In this document: piece by piece, positions 53,874-64,000 of the stretch
Numbering within the stretch: the stretch's first letter is position 1
How the letters are laid out: each line of letters opens with the position of its first letter
From: Haplodiscus bocki
Taxonomy: Eukaryota
NCBI GenBank assembly: GCA_965655095.1
Contig: OZ296650.1
Location: 23,312,001 to 23,376,000, forward strand
Direction of reading: 5' to 3'
DNA: 64,000 nt
Notes under the pieces: model-generated
Databases searched by the model: none
Told to the model about the DNA's origin: nothing
Seen by the model: the letters and a program-made list of their open reading frames with translations, nothing else
Translations under genes and position numbers: made by a program

Positions 53874-54062
53874 TGCAGTAAACGCACAAATCAAGGATAT
53901 TCAGTACAAGCCAGAAACTTTGTGAATCTTCTCAATAACCGTCGACAGCAAAGCCAGCAAATGCAGTTTGTACAAAGACTAGGATCAACCCAAGAAGGAA
54001 CGACTTCGAAGAAGAGTAGAACTGACTTGAACGAAATACAAGCACCTAAGAAAACCTCACAA

Positions 54063-54508
54063 GTGACAATAGTAGAAGACAACCTTTTTGAACTTCATCT
54101 AGCATGGGACATTGTGTTTCTTCAGATTTTTTTATGGGAGCAGGCATTGCTAAGCAATTAGACAGACTCTACCCAAAAATGAAGACAGAAGCCTGCAAAA
54201 AACTAACACCGGGATCAGTGTTAGCATTTTACGACTTTTATTCACGAAGATGGATATACAATTTGGTCACGAAACCAAAAGACTTCCACAAACCCTTCTA
54301 TGATGCACTAAGGAACAGCCTTATCTTGATGCGCAATCACGCTGAGGCTCATCGCGTGAAAAACATTAGACTACCAGAACCTGGATGTGGCCTAGACAAA
54401 CATCAACCACCAATAGTGCACAAAATTCTACACGAAGTTTTCCAACGGACGAGTGTATGTATTACAGTTTGTATTAGAAACGATACGGTATTGAAATGGA
54501 ACGACTGA
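54063..54508 (+). pseudogene. TARG1/OARD1-like macrodomain (ADP-ribose glycohydrolase family), one frameshift near 54093
   Basis: VTIVEDNLF.../MGHCVSSDFFMGAGIAKQL...IYNLVTKPK..HKPFYDALRNSL..MRNH......I.LPEPGCGLD...ITVC aligns along its length with OARD1 ITYVKGDLF...LAHCISEDCRMGAGIA...IYYLITKK...HKPTYENLQKSLEAMKSH...MPRIGCGLD...ITVY. Confidence 0.92.
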
Positions 54509-55595
54509 ACAGACAATGAACTGAAATAGATTGGCAAAGAGACAGAAAAAGGCCCAAAAAGAAAACAAAAAAAATTCCCAACTGGCTGAAGCCCAGAAAA
54601 AGTACAAGAGTTCACAAAACCAAAACGAAAAAAAACACCCCGGAAAACCTGCGGAATAAAACATTTCTGTATCTAACGGTCAGGGACAGGTTGCTACCCA
54701 GCTACATTGATAACAATGGAATCAGTTTTGCAATGAAGTCCCAAAAACCTCAAAATCATGCTAGTCATCAATGAACGCGCACTTCGACTGAGAGACTCAA
54801 AAACTTTAGTGCAGTCCTAAATAGCTCAGCATCAAGCACAGAGAACGCCGATTACAGTAGGATACTAGCCCTAACCTATGGCTTGCAAAACAACTATATT
54901 TGTTGAAAAATTTGAACAAAAAAATGTTCTCCCTATAAAAATGACCGAACGCGGACTTCGACTAACTAAAACTAGTGGGTGAGGCCAACACGTCATACCT
55001 TCCCGAACGCCTAAAACAAAGTTTGTTTCAATAGGATATACGGGATCTCGGATTATGCAAAAATCAAAAAACACAACAAAAAAAACAGAGCCCCCTAACC
55101 ATCATTTAGAAAAAATATTAAACCAACCGAATTATTTGGGAACGGTCCGATGTTTTCGAGCGCCAAACCTCTTTCAAGTGACAATTGTTCCATCATTGCA
55201 ACATTCTAGATTAGCGTCTGCGAACAAAGTAACAAATGAACAATCCATTCTCTGAAAAACAATAGCATAATTCAGAAATATGTAATAAAGTAGCAGATCG
55301 TGAAAGCCCTAAAACAACAGGTCGCTTTACAATAGGCGACAGAAAGCTCATTACCTCAGCAAACAAAATAAATTAGGCTCATTTCCGGTTAAACGACAAT
55401 GCTTAAATAAGGTTTTTAATGAGAAAACCTGAGCCAAAAAAACTCAGAGGACACCTAACACGCCGCCGACATTAATATCCGCCGCAACAAACAACTAACA
55501 GCCATATTACCTCTAGCGATCAGCCCGTAAAAACAACACTTCTACAATTTTTTTACCCATTGTACGAACCAACATAAAAAGCAAAAATACGACAA

Positions 55596-55880
55596 ATGGA
55601 CAAATTGGAAGTTAACTTACAGTGGAAACCATCTGGAAAAGATACCCTGCTGACAATATACTGAATTCAGTGGCAAAAATGCTCCTGTTGTGCACCTCTG
55701 AGACTTTTAATCAGCGAACCTAACATGAACAAGGGCCAAAAAGCGATCTTAGATATTTCCACAACAAACGAGAAGTTCGTTAGCCTTTATAAATTGCTAC
55801 GTCTGTATACATCTACTGATCCGACTGAACTGGATGCGTTAGTTCAATTCATGGCAAATCAAATTATTGAAATAGATTAA
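55596..55880 (+). pseudogene. Accessory ORF A (about 94 aa, CSCC motif; internal TGA at 55662)
   Basis: MDKLEVNLQWKPSGKDTLLTIY*IQWQKCSCCAPLRLLISEP...ILDISTTNEKFVSLYKLL...; paralogous to ORF B. Confidence 0.7.
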
Positions 55881-56277
55881 TTGGTTCCACTGGAACACTA
55901 ACAAATGCATTCCATGACCCAGCAATAACCATGATAGCTCTGACAACTTGTTCATATCTGACCGGACACATTTAAATATCCGTACCAACAAAATCTAATA
56001 TCCGACGAAGTCCAGCTCACACCAACTTTAAATTCCGTCAAAACACCCAATGTGTATTCACGATATTACAATTCCCTTTTATAGCGACAATCTTTCTACA
56101 ACCGGTTCTCCAGTAGTCAGTTACTCATTCCCCTTCTTAAAGAAAACGAAAGCCCCTGAATTTCAACTTTTTTGCATGGCAAAAAAAATCATCTAAGAGT
56201 GGCTGGAGAAGTTTGAAATTAAGTCAAGCCCCTTCTAAATCGAATTAAATACCTTGAAGCCCTATAAGTGGATCAAT

Positions 56278-56596
56278 ATGGAGAATATAATTACAGTTCA
56301 TTGGCAACTTACCCCAATTCAATTACAATTCAAAGTACTCCTACCGTGGACACCACCCGACAGGAACCCTATTTATATCAATAATATTCAACTACAACAA
56401 TGCGGATGCTGTCCCCTCATTCGAGTGAGAGTCTTCAAACCCTACAATGAGACCTACTATATGGAAATTGACAGTGACACAATGGAATACGAGCCTGTAT
56501 GATACCCTGAGCAAACACTACAAATCATTGACGTTAGAATCAACGTTCAAAGTCAAACTAGCAGAACTGTTGGACTATCTAGAAGAGGAACTTTAA
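56278..56596 (+). pseudogene. Accessory ORF B (about 105 aa, CGCC motif; frameshift near 56494)
   Basis: ...FKVLLPWTPPDRNPIYINNIQLQQCGCCPLIRVRVFKP...YMEIDSDTMEYE/LYDTLSKHY...LEEEL*; paralogous to ORF A. Confidence 0.7.
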
Positions 56597-56700
56597 AGCA
56601 ACTTAAATTGCAAATATACCCCCAAATCATCTGTGTTCTAACAGTATTCCAAAATTCAAGGTAGTAAAAAATTCCACCTTCAAAAGAATCAGCCCCCACA

Positions 56701-58890
56701 ATGATTCTACTTTTGCTATTTATAGTAGTAACAGCAGATGATAAAGGTAGTCTTGAACGAGGAGTATTCTTTCATGAAGAGACAAAAATACTTTTGGCAG
56801 AAAATTTTGTAAACGCCCAATTCTTAGTCCCCTATCCAAAATTTGATATTCAACTAACTGAGAGCCTGGACAAAGTTGCAAAAGAATTACAGAACATGTG
56901 GCAAATGCCTACATATCGGTGTTACCTTAGTTTCACAAATACAGGCGAAAACGAATTTAAAGTAGACTGGCTTTTAAAAGAAACAAAAAAGGAAATAGCG
57001 TTCGCTGAAGAAGATCTGACTAACATAAAACAAGAGGTATCCTCCTTCCTGAAGGGTACCGAAATCAAGAAAAGCCAAAGGTCTAGAAGAGCACTACCCA
57101 TAGCAGCCGCAGTTGCTGGCGCCGTAGGATTATTCGGAACAGGCATCATGTTCGGTGCATCAGATGATTGTGGCATTATGGGCATTTTTGGCTCGTGCCA
57201 AGAAAAGGCCAAAACGAATGCCCAAAACATTGAAAAGTTAGGAAAATACGCAATAGCCATTGGAAATAACTTACAACAACTTGCAAATGAAACCGATGAG
57301 AAATTTTTCCGTGTCTCGAAAGATTTATCCCTGCTTCATGAAATCCGAAACCAAATTATAGAAACCCAAAATGAGAACTGGCAAAAGATCGAGAAGCAAT
57401 TTCAAGTACTTCAGGATAATATTCACGACACGCGCGATTGCGACCAACTCTTATACACAAGACAACAGGTGAACTTCAATTTTGATACAATATCTTCCCT
57501 ACTTTCGCTAATCTACAGCAATGTCAAGGCCTATCGCGCCGCACTATTCGCATTCCAGATGAACATAATGAACGCTATTCCCTCTCTACTTTCAAAATAT
57601 ATCCCCATGTCACTCCTACCCAAAGACTCTTTGGAACAAATTTTAAAAGTGGTTGACGACTCACAAGAGAAGTCGGATAGTCGACTTACACTGGCCATCC
57701 CAAAACAAGAACTTCTGGCATATTATGAATCACGCCTACTATTGGACGTATTGACTTTGGATCAGGGTCTTCTGATGACAATGGCAATCCCATTTGCATC
57801 ACGACAAACAGCATTCACAGTGTACAAAGCAATAGTGGTACCTCTACCCCAAATGGACGAAGACATAGCAATTAAATGGGATGTGGAGGCCGAATATTTG
57901 GCAGTATCAGAAAACATGATGGAAACCTCGCTTGTAACGAGAGATCAACTTGACAAATGTATTGGTTCAAGCAAGTATCGAATTTGCCATGACACTTTGG
58001 CAACAGAAAGTAAAGACTCGTCATGCCTCGCAACTTTATATTTTGGAAACATTATGGATGCATTAGAAGTCTGTGATATAGTCCCAGTCCCACTACCACT
58101 GAAAGTCACAGCAACAAACTTGGGATATGGAATATAGCTTATAACTTCAGCCCAGGCCAACTTCGATTTCATAGAAAATTATATGGATGCTACAACACTG
58201 GCAGGCTCAAAAACAGTCAAAGGATGTAGAATTTGCTTGATAACACTAGAATGTGGTAAACAGTTAACTGGCGAAAATATCAGAATCAGGTCTGACCTAT
58301 CGTCATGCGCAAAAGTCCCACCAGTCAAACTGGAAGTGGAACTGCCTCAACCAATGGCAAACCTGTTCAGCCTATTACCAACAGTGGAAGAACTCCCCTA
58401 CTACAATACCAAAGTGGAAGCTAATATGAAACTAATAAAGTCCCTCAAACTGGAACTCCAAGCACAACCACAATACGGCTACAAAAAGAATGTTCAACAA
58501 ATAGCTGAACCTATAGCGCAGAAACTAACTATGTTGAAGCCCTCACTTGAGAAACAATTTAATAACTTTATATCGTGGAAAAGTCATTTGATGATTGGCA
58601 TTGCAGTAGTCGTCCTTAGTGCACTACTACATTTGGGACTAATGCTTGCTCTCCATCGCTACAAAAAATTCCACAAATTCCAACCCTTTTCTCACAAACT
58701 GGACAAAGAAAAAATTCCCCTAAAACCGATAATGGTGGTAGAAGACCAACACTTGAATCGGGTACAGAATGATGAAAATTTTCAATGGCGTAACCACAGT
58801 CTACTCCTACCCGAATCTCAACTGATGGAAGCAAGAGAAGAAAGTGCACCTACATATGCACAACTCAATCGACAAGTGCACCGAGTTTAA
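56701..58890 (+). pseudogene. env: Envelope / class I fusion glycoprotein (single in-frame TAG at 58135)
   Basis: Signal peptide MILLLLFIVVTA; furin site RSRR followed by fusion peptide ALPIAAAVAGAVGLFG; heptad region; Cys-rich ectodomain; TM LMIGIAVVVLSALLHLGLMLAL; tail YAQL. The two ORFs share a frame, separated by GYGI*LITSA (probably TGG>TAG). Confidence 0.92.
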
Positions 58891-58972
58891 GAAGAACTAA
58901 CCTCAAGAAAGCATGGATAATAATTACAACAAATGAAAAAAGAGCCGGAGAAATAAACTTAAAGTCGGCTAG

Positions 58973-59482
58973 TGTAATATTCTGATGAATATTTTATTTT
59001 GAAGCATGATTTTAATTTGATTAATTTTGAAAAACATGAAATCTTGGCGCTATTAAATTTCTTGGAGTTTAAAAGACAAGGAACCCTCCCTTTATCGGAA
59101 ATAATAATATCCGGAGAAATAGACAACCAATAAACCAGTGGAAAAAAAACAAATACCTAATATCCGCATGGAAATTAAATGTAAAGAAGAGATATTGAGT
59201 ATAAACTTTTATTGAATTATAATTTCCGCATGATGACAAAAAAAATAGATTGGATAATTTATGAAGCTGTAAAAAAAGAGAGAGAGAGAGAGAGCTCTTC
59301 GGGGATTGCTATTAAATAGTTGCCTGTATGCCTGAAATTAATTCTTAAAAGGCCTCAACAAAGTTTTCTTCCTCACACCACGCACTGAAGATAGCCACTA
59401 AAAAAATAAATCAAAGTCTTCCAACTAGTAGAGGACTGAAAACCATTTCCAAACAAAGGACAAAAACCCAAGGAATTTTACA
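58973..59482 (+). repeat. 3' LTR (510 bp)
   Basis: Differs from the 5' LTR by about 6 substitutions, a 1-bp A-run indel and a 16-bp shorter (GA)n tract (counted by eye). Confidence 0.97.
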
Positions 59483-59487
59483 GCATC

Positions 59488-62400
59488 TTCCGCACCAAAT
59501 AGGCCAATCGTTGCTAAACCTGCTAGGGCAACGGGGTTTCTTCCTCTTGTTCAATGGCCTTTTTTTCGCTTTAATTGGCTGCAAAACACGGCTCTTTCAT
59601 TTTGTCAAGACTTCATTTCGGTTGATGCTTCGCTAAATTCAAGTTGAATTTTCTAAAAGCCACTTCAAATCTCACTGGTATCTCGAGAGGTTGACCAAAA
59701 ATCTAATGCGCCGAAAACTAAGATGGTGCTTTCCATGCTTCATTCAATGTGTTGAGCAAGAGCTCATCTCAACAAGTACTGAGAAATTGTGTTGCTGAAA
59801 GCGTACCAACACTTCCAATTGACAAAAAGTTTCAGTAAAAGAGGTTTTCAACCTTGGTTTTTTTTTAGCGAGAAGATTGCAACCTTTGTCACTTCCTTGT
59901 AACTGAAGAACGAGATCAGAGGAAACGGTGATAGCTGCGAAACAGACAACAGTGGAGAAAAACAACATGATGCTTGTTGAATTGCTAAAACTTGAGTGAA
60001 ATCAAACTTAGGTAAAATGTTAGGACGTTGTGGCAAAACACTGTTAAGTTTTTTTTGGATTCCAATAAAATAAAAACCCAAGGTTTTGCTGGGCCTAGTC
60101 ATAAAATGTTCGCGGCAGTATAAAATTGCGTGTTGCGATATTGGACAGAGTTCAGAGTGTATTCTGTGGTGCTAGAGGAACCTTGATCCAAGGAAGAATT
60201 GTAAGAAGAGAAAGAATCAATCTGTTCAACACAGTAAAAAGATGAGAAGTGAGCGTTTCCGCCTGTATAGCTCTGATACTGACGGACTGTTGCCCTATCG
60301 TATCGAGCGAGGACTCGAATTTGTTTGCCTGATGCGCAAAAACGAGAAATCGACAACTGATTGCAACTAGGCGCAATAATTTCATGGAGACATCAGGCAG
60401 TGCAAGACTACCTGAATTTAGCAGTTGTTTTCAACCTAAGGGACAGAGAGCGAACACAGTCAGACACAAGTTTAGCTTTCCCTCTTCGTTTTTTAGGCAG
60501 CCTTCAAAAATGTTGAATGTTTAGGTTGTTTGAATATTGGTATAACTTGACTTCGCCAAAATGTTTGGAAACAAAAACAAAGAATTGAGCTCACTTAGTT
60601 GTGTGATTTCTTTTTATTGTGACGGCGAGGAAGAAGCTTTCTTCTTATCTTCGCACTGTTTACTTTCAAGGATTAGCCAGCCAAGAATGATGATGAGACG
60701 GTCATGTCGGAACTGATGAGGTAACTGGCGTTAAGACATTAGAAATCGAAGTTGCTCCCATCCGTTACACTTTGGGGCGGGGGATGAAGGTTAGCGGACC
60801 ACAGAAACAGGAAAATTCTATCTTATCCAGGACTTCGTATCAACTTGAACATCACCGCTGTGACGAAGAGACGTGGTCAGATCTCTGTTACTACAAGCTT
60901 TTGACGCTGCGATACGCTTTGTTTTTGAATAATAGCAACAATACTAGAAACAGAAGGGTGCTTGGAGAAGCTTCTGTCCAGAGCGATGATGTTTCTAATT
61001 TCGGTACGAAGTGGAACAGAAATAAAACTTGTTGAAATTTGCTGAACGAGTAGTAAATGTTAGAGCAATGGCTATCATGCAAGCAATGGCGGTGAAATCA
61101 AAAACTACGCAAAAAGCGATGTTCGTGCACTTTGTAAAGCAGTGATTGAAGGCAAAAAAAGTAGCTTCATCTAGTAGGTCAATATTTACCGATGTTGCTC
61201 TTCGACGTCTGCACATTGGAATGAAAAATTCCAAAGGCCGATATAATGGAGTTCAGGTTTCTATGTATGATTGAATTAGTAGTCCAGAAAGTAGAGTTTA
61301 CTTAGCGGCGATCCAGGCAATGGGCAAGGGAATATCCCGCTGAAAATGATGGCACAGCACGTTTTCCTGAAGAGAAAGTACCAAGCAATCAGGAAGATGG
61401 CACAATTTTACACCTCCAACTTGTAAATGAGCAAAAAGAGCATTTAGTTGTTGTGCCGAGCATGTTAAGCTCTGATTAAAGCTTCGTCAGCATTACCCGA
61501 AATTACAGGCGTTTTCCCCAAGTACCAGAGTTTAACTTCAAATGTTAATCGTTTCAAAAACAATGAAAATCTGTGATTTTTTTAACCTCAATCACTTTTA
61601 GTTTTTGCACGGTTGTTTGAAATGATTTTGGGCTACAGAACGACCATGGGAAGTGCCAAAATTCACAGGCCTACCCGCTGCAGGAAGATAAAGGTTGTGT
61701 CAAAAACTCAGCAATAAATTAGGAGAAGGGATCCGCTTCGACATGGTCCAGAAGGTGCGTTTGCTGTCAGCTGTCCTGGAACAATTCATCTCAAGTCTCA
61801 CACTGTCGAACTTGCAGCAGATTGCTTGCTTTCGTCCATCTATTGTTGTACGTTGATCAAAAAAAGTCAAGTTGGTACAAGTTCTTAACTTTAGCAGCGA
61901 CAACGCGTTTTCAAATCATAAGTTCGGTAAATCACTTTTCAGATCCGGACCTACTTGAAACTGATTGCATGCATTTCTAAAAAGCTGTTCGTTTTGTATT
62001 TAAAACCCGAGAACTCAGGAAGCTTTGTACAACCGATACGTTGTACGAATCTAAAGAGATCGAAATCGACGACGGAATGCAAAATCGAGTGTTCATAGCC
62101 AAAACATAAGCTAGTTAAGTGTAACAAGAAAGAAATAGCCTACGCGTGCAATTGACTCAAAATTTAATATCTTTTATTTTTGTTCTGTAGACACAGTAAA
62201 TGGCATTATATATGGTCATATATGGTCTGGAAATTAGTTTTTTTGGCCGTACTCTGATAAAAGTTGGTTGCGCTACTTACATGCGAACAACTGTTATCGA
62301 CATTATAGAACTTTTCTGGACCAGGTTGTGTTCAACGCAAAACGGAACGTTTCGTTGGGAATTTCGAAAGTTAGAAACAGAAAAGTGAGTTTTTGTGAGA

Positions 62401-62500
62401 GATGACCAGCTGAAATGCAGAACTTTCAAGGTTAATTTTTTTGACGTCATTTCAAGCGGTGATGCCCCATTCAAGTCTTACAGCGGATCCAAATGGTTCT
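59488..62500 (-). mobile_element. Probable highly degenerate DIRS-like (tyrosine recombinase) retrotransposon; appears to continue at about 47100-47519
   Basis: Weak motifs in DIRS order: RT-like (IMPFTVST about 62200), methyltransferase-like (NIDL.. about 61180; VVTEI*PR about 60880), YR-like RATVRQYQS (about 60280) and RPNILPKFDFTQVL (about 60010; cf. RP....P.WDL..VL). Confidence 0.4.
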
Positions 62501-64000
62501 CAGGACTGACAAGGACTTCAAATTAGCAGAGGTGTGTTTTTGAAAAAGTGCTAGACTGTAATTTCATCATGTAAGAGTTGGTTTTTGGTGCTAATTTGAT
62601 CAGGAGCTAACACCGTTAAAATGGGCGTTTTGAAAAAGTACGGAAGAAAGTTGGAGCAAGGAAACAACTGATTGCCAGGTTCGAGGTTAACCGAAGGGGA
62701 TTTGGAGGAGAACAATGAAAGCCCCCGCAATGTAAACGATGAAACCAAATTCAGCAATAATGATTATCTGAAAAGACGATTTTTGTCCAGGTTTACTTGT
62801 GGAAAGCTTAAAAAAACAGTAACATATAGGATGGTCTTTAGAAGTAAAATGAGAGTCTCTGGAGATGAGCAAGCTTGTTTCTACCCTGTTACAGGAGTAA
62901 GCGTTCGATTTAGTCTGAGGACACTTTGGGCCTCTGTAAACCAGGTCGGATTGTTTAAATGAAACTTGTCCATCCAGTTTTATGGAATCGTCTGGCTGTT
63001 TAATTTTTGAGTTTTTTTGATGGTGCACGGATACATACGGAAAACGATGCTATGGTAAGAAAGAAATAATTCGTATCGTACTCCACTCGAAAAGTGGGCA
63101 AATAAACGGCAACACGTGGAACCATTTTAACTTTTCAAGACCACAGTCGAGTTCTGAGAACAAAACAGTTGGTTTTGATGGTGTCCTTCAGCCTTTGTTG
63201 CGAAAGTATTGACGCGCATTTTTTTTTCGGAAAAATGCTAGTGCTTAATTGCACATTTGCAGAAAAATTTCAGTTGCGGGATTTAAAAAAAAACGACGAA
63301 GCCAATGTTGGAGTGGAGTTCATTTTTTTCCCAAAAATGTTAAATAGGGATGTTACTTGATCAGTGAGCCCGAAAAAATGGAAGTAGCATTCATGTCTGG
63401 CTTTGGAATGTTCAATACTCTTCCGAAAATTTTTTGACCGAAAATGCTGATATTAGATGGACGAACTGACTGCAAGCTGGTACCGTTAGTTCCCGTGACT
63501 TTTTTGTATCTCAGAATGAAGCTGCATTCTTGTCTCAGTGCATCTGAGTAATGAGATTTCAGTCGGTGTGGCATTGTTTTGATTTAATCGCCCTACAATG
63601 TAGCTGAACGTAACTATTAGACATGACATGGGAGTAAATTGAGTGTCGCTGTCGGAAGTAACTCAACAGGCCGCGTGATCCAGCGGGTTGGCGACGGAGT
63701 AGTGCGTCTAACTAGCGATGATGCAGCAGTTATTTCCGGAGTTTCTTTAACGGCGACGTCTTTGTGTTGTGCCTGTTGATCGTTTTTGATAGGTGTTGGC
63801 AAAAAATTTTTTGAAACGTGCTGGCTAGTTCCACGACTGGTGCTATCGAGGCTTGTTGAACTGCGAAAGGCACAGTTATGGGCACTGCGAAAAACAGGCT
63901 CACCTAAACGGATATTTTGGTTGTAGTCAATGTTGGCGTAGAAGCTACTGTAATGAGTGAGCTCAAGTCATCATCAAAAAGTTGTGGCTGCCTGGAGAAC

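Larger units (their letters stand above)
47525..59482 (+). mobile_element. Full-length env-containing Ty3/Gypsy LTR retrotransposon (endogenous retrovirus-like), about 11.96 kb, ORFs disrupted
   Basis: Paired LTRs TGTAA...TTACA, TSD GCATC at 47520-47524 and 59483-59487, PBS, and gag, PR-RT-RH-IN, macrodomain, accessory ORFs and env in order. Confidence 0.97.

Noticed and set aside
53871-53879. Programmed stop-codon readthrough between integrase and macrodomain
   Set aside because: The context TGA-TGC is not a known leaky context and this copy has many other random stops. Mutation is the simpler explanation, but readthrough is not excluded.
55900-56250. Possible third accessory ORF between A and B
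   Set aside because: Only short broken frames with no motif or paralogy to support it.

Overview
AT-rich, intron- and transposon-rich eukaryotic (probably invertebrate animal) genomic DNA, not prokaryotic. One host gene is recognisable: a minus-strand p190 RhoGAP (ARHGAP35/ARHGAP5-like) with four phase-consistent exons (32219-32412, 21171-21312, 6429-7110, 5227-5931) and two TE-filled introns of about 11 and 14 kb. The main feature is a full-length, recently inserted but mutationally disabled Ty3/Gypsy-type endogenous retrovirus-like element (47525-59482). It has LTRs about 99% identical, a 5-bp TSD GCATC, gag with a -1 slippery site, pol, and a class I fusion env. Unusually, it also has (i) a TARG1/OARD1-type ADP-ribose hydrolase macrodomain that continues in the integrase reading frame and (ii) two paralogous small CxCC accessory ORFs between pol and env. 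A related second env-bearing family is present as a rearranged, tandemly duplicated relic (34594-43195), one copy carrying a LINE insertion. Also present: an RTE-like LINE with an internal insertion, a hAT-type non-autonomous element, a probable degenerate DIRS-like element, tRNA-derived repeats and several tandem or dispersed repeats. All homology calls are by eye from remembered motifs; no search was run.
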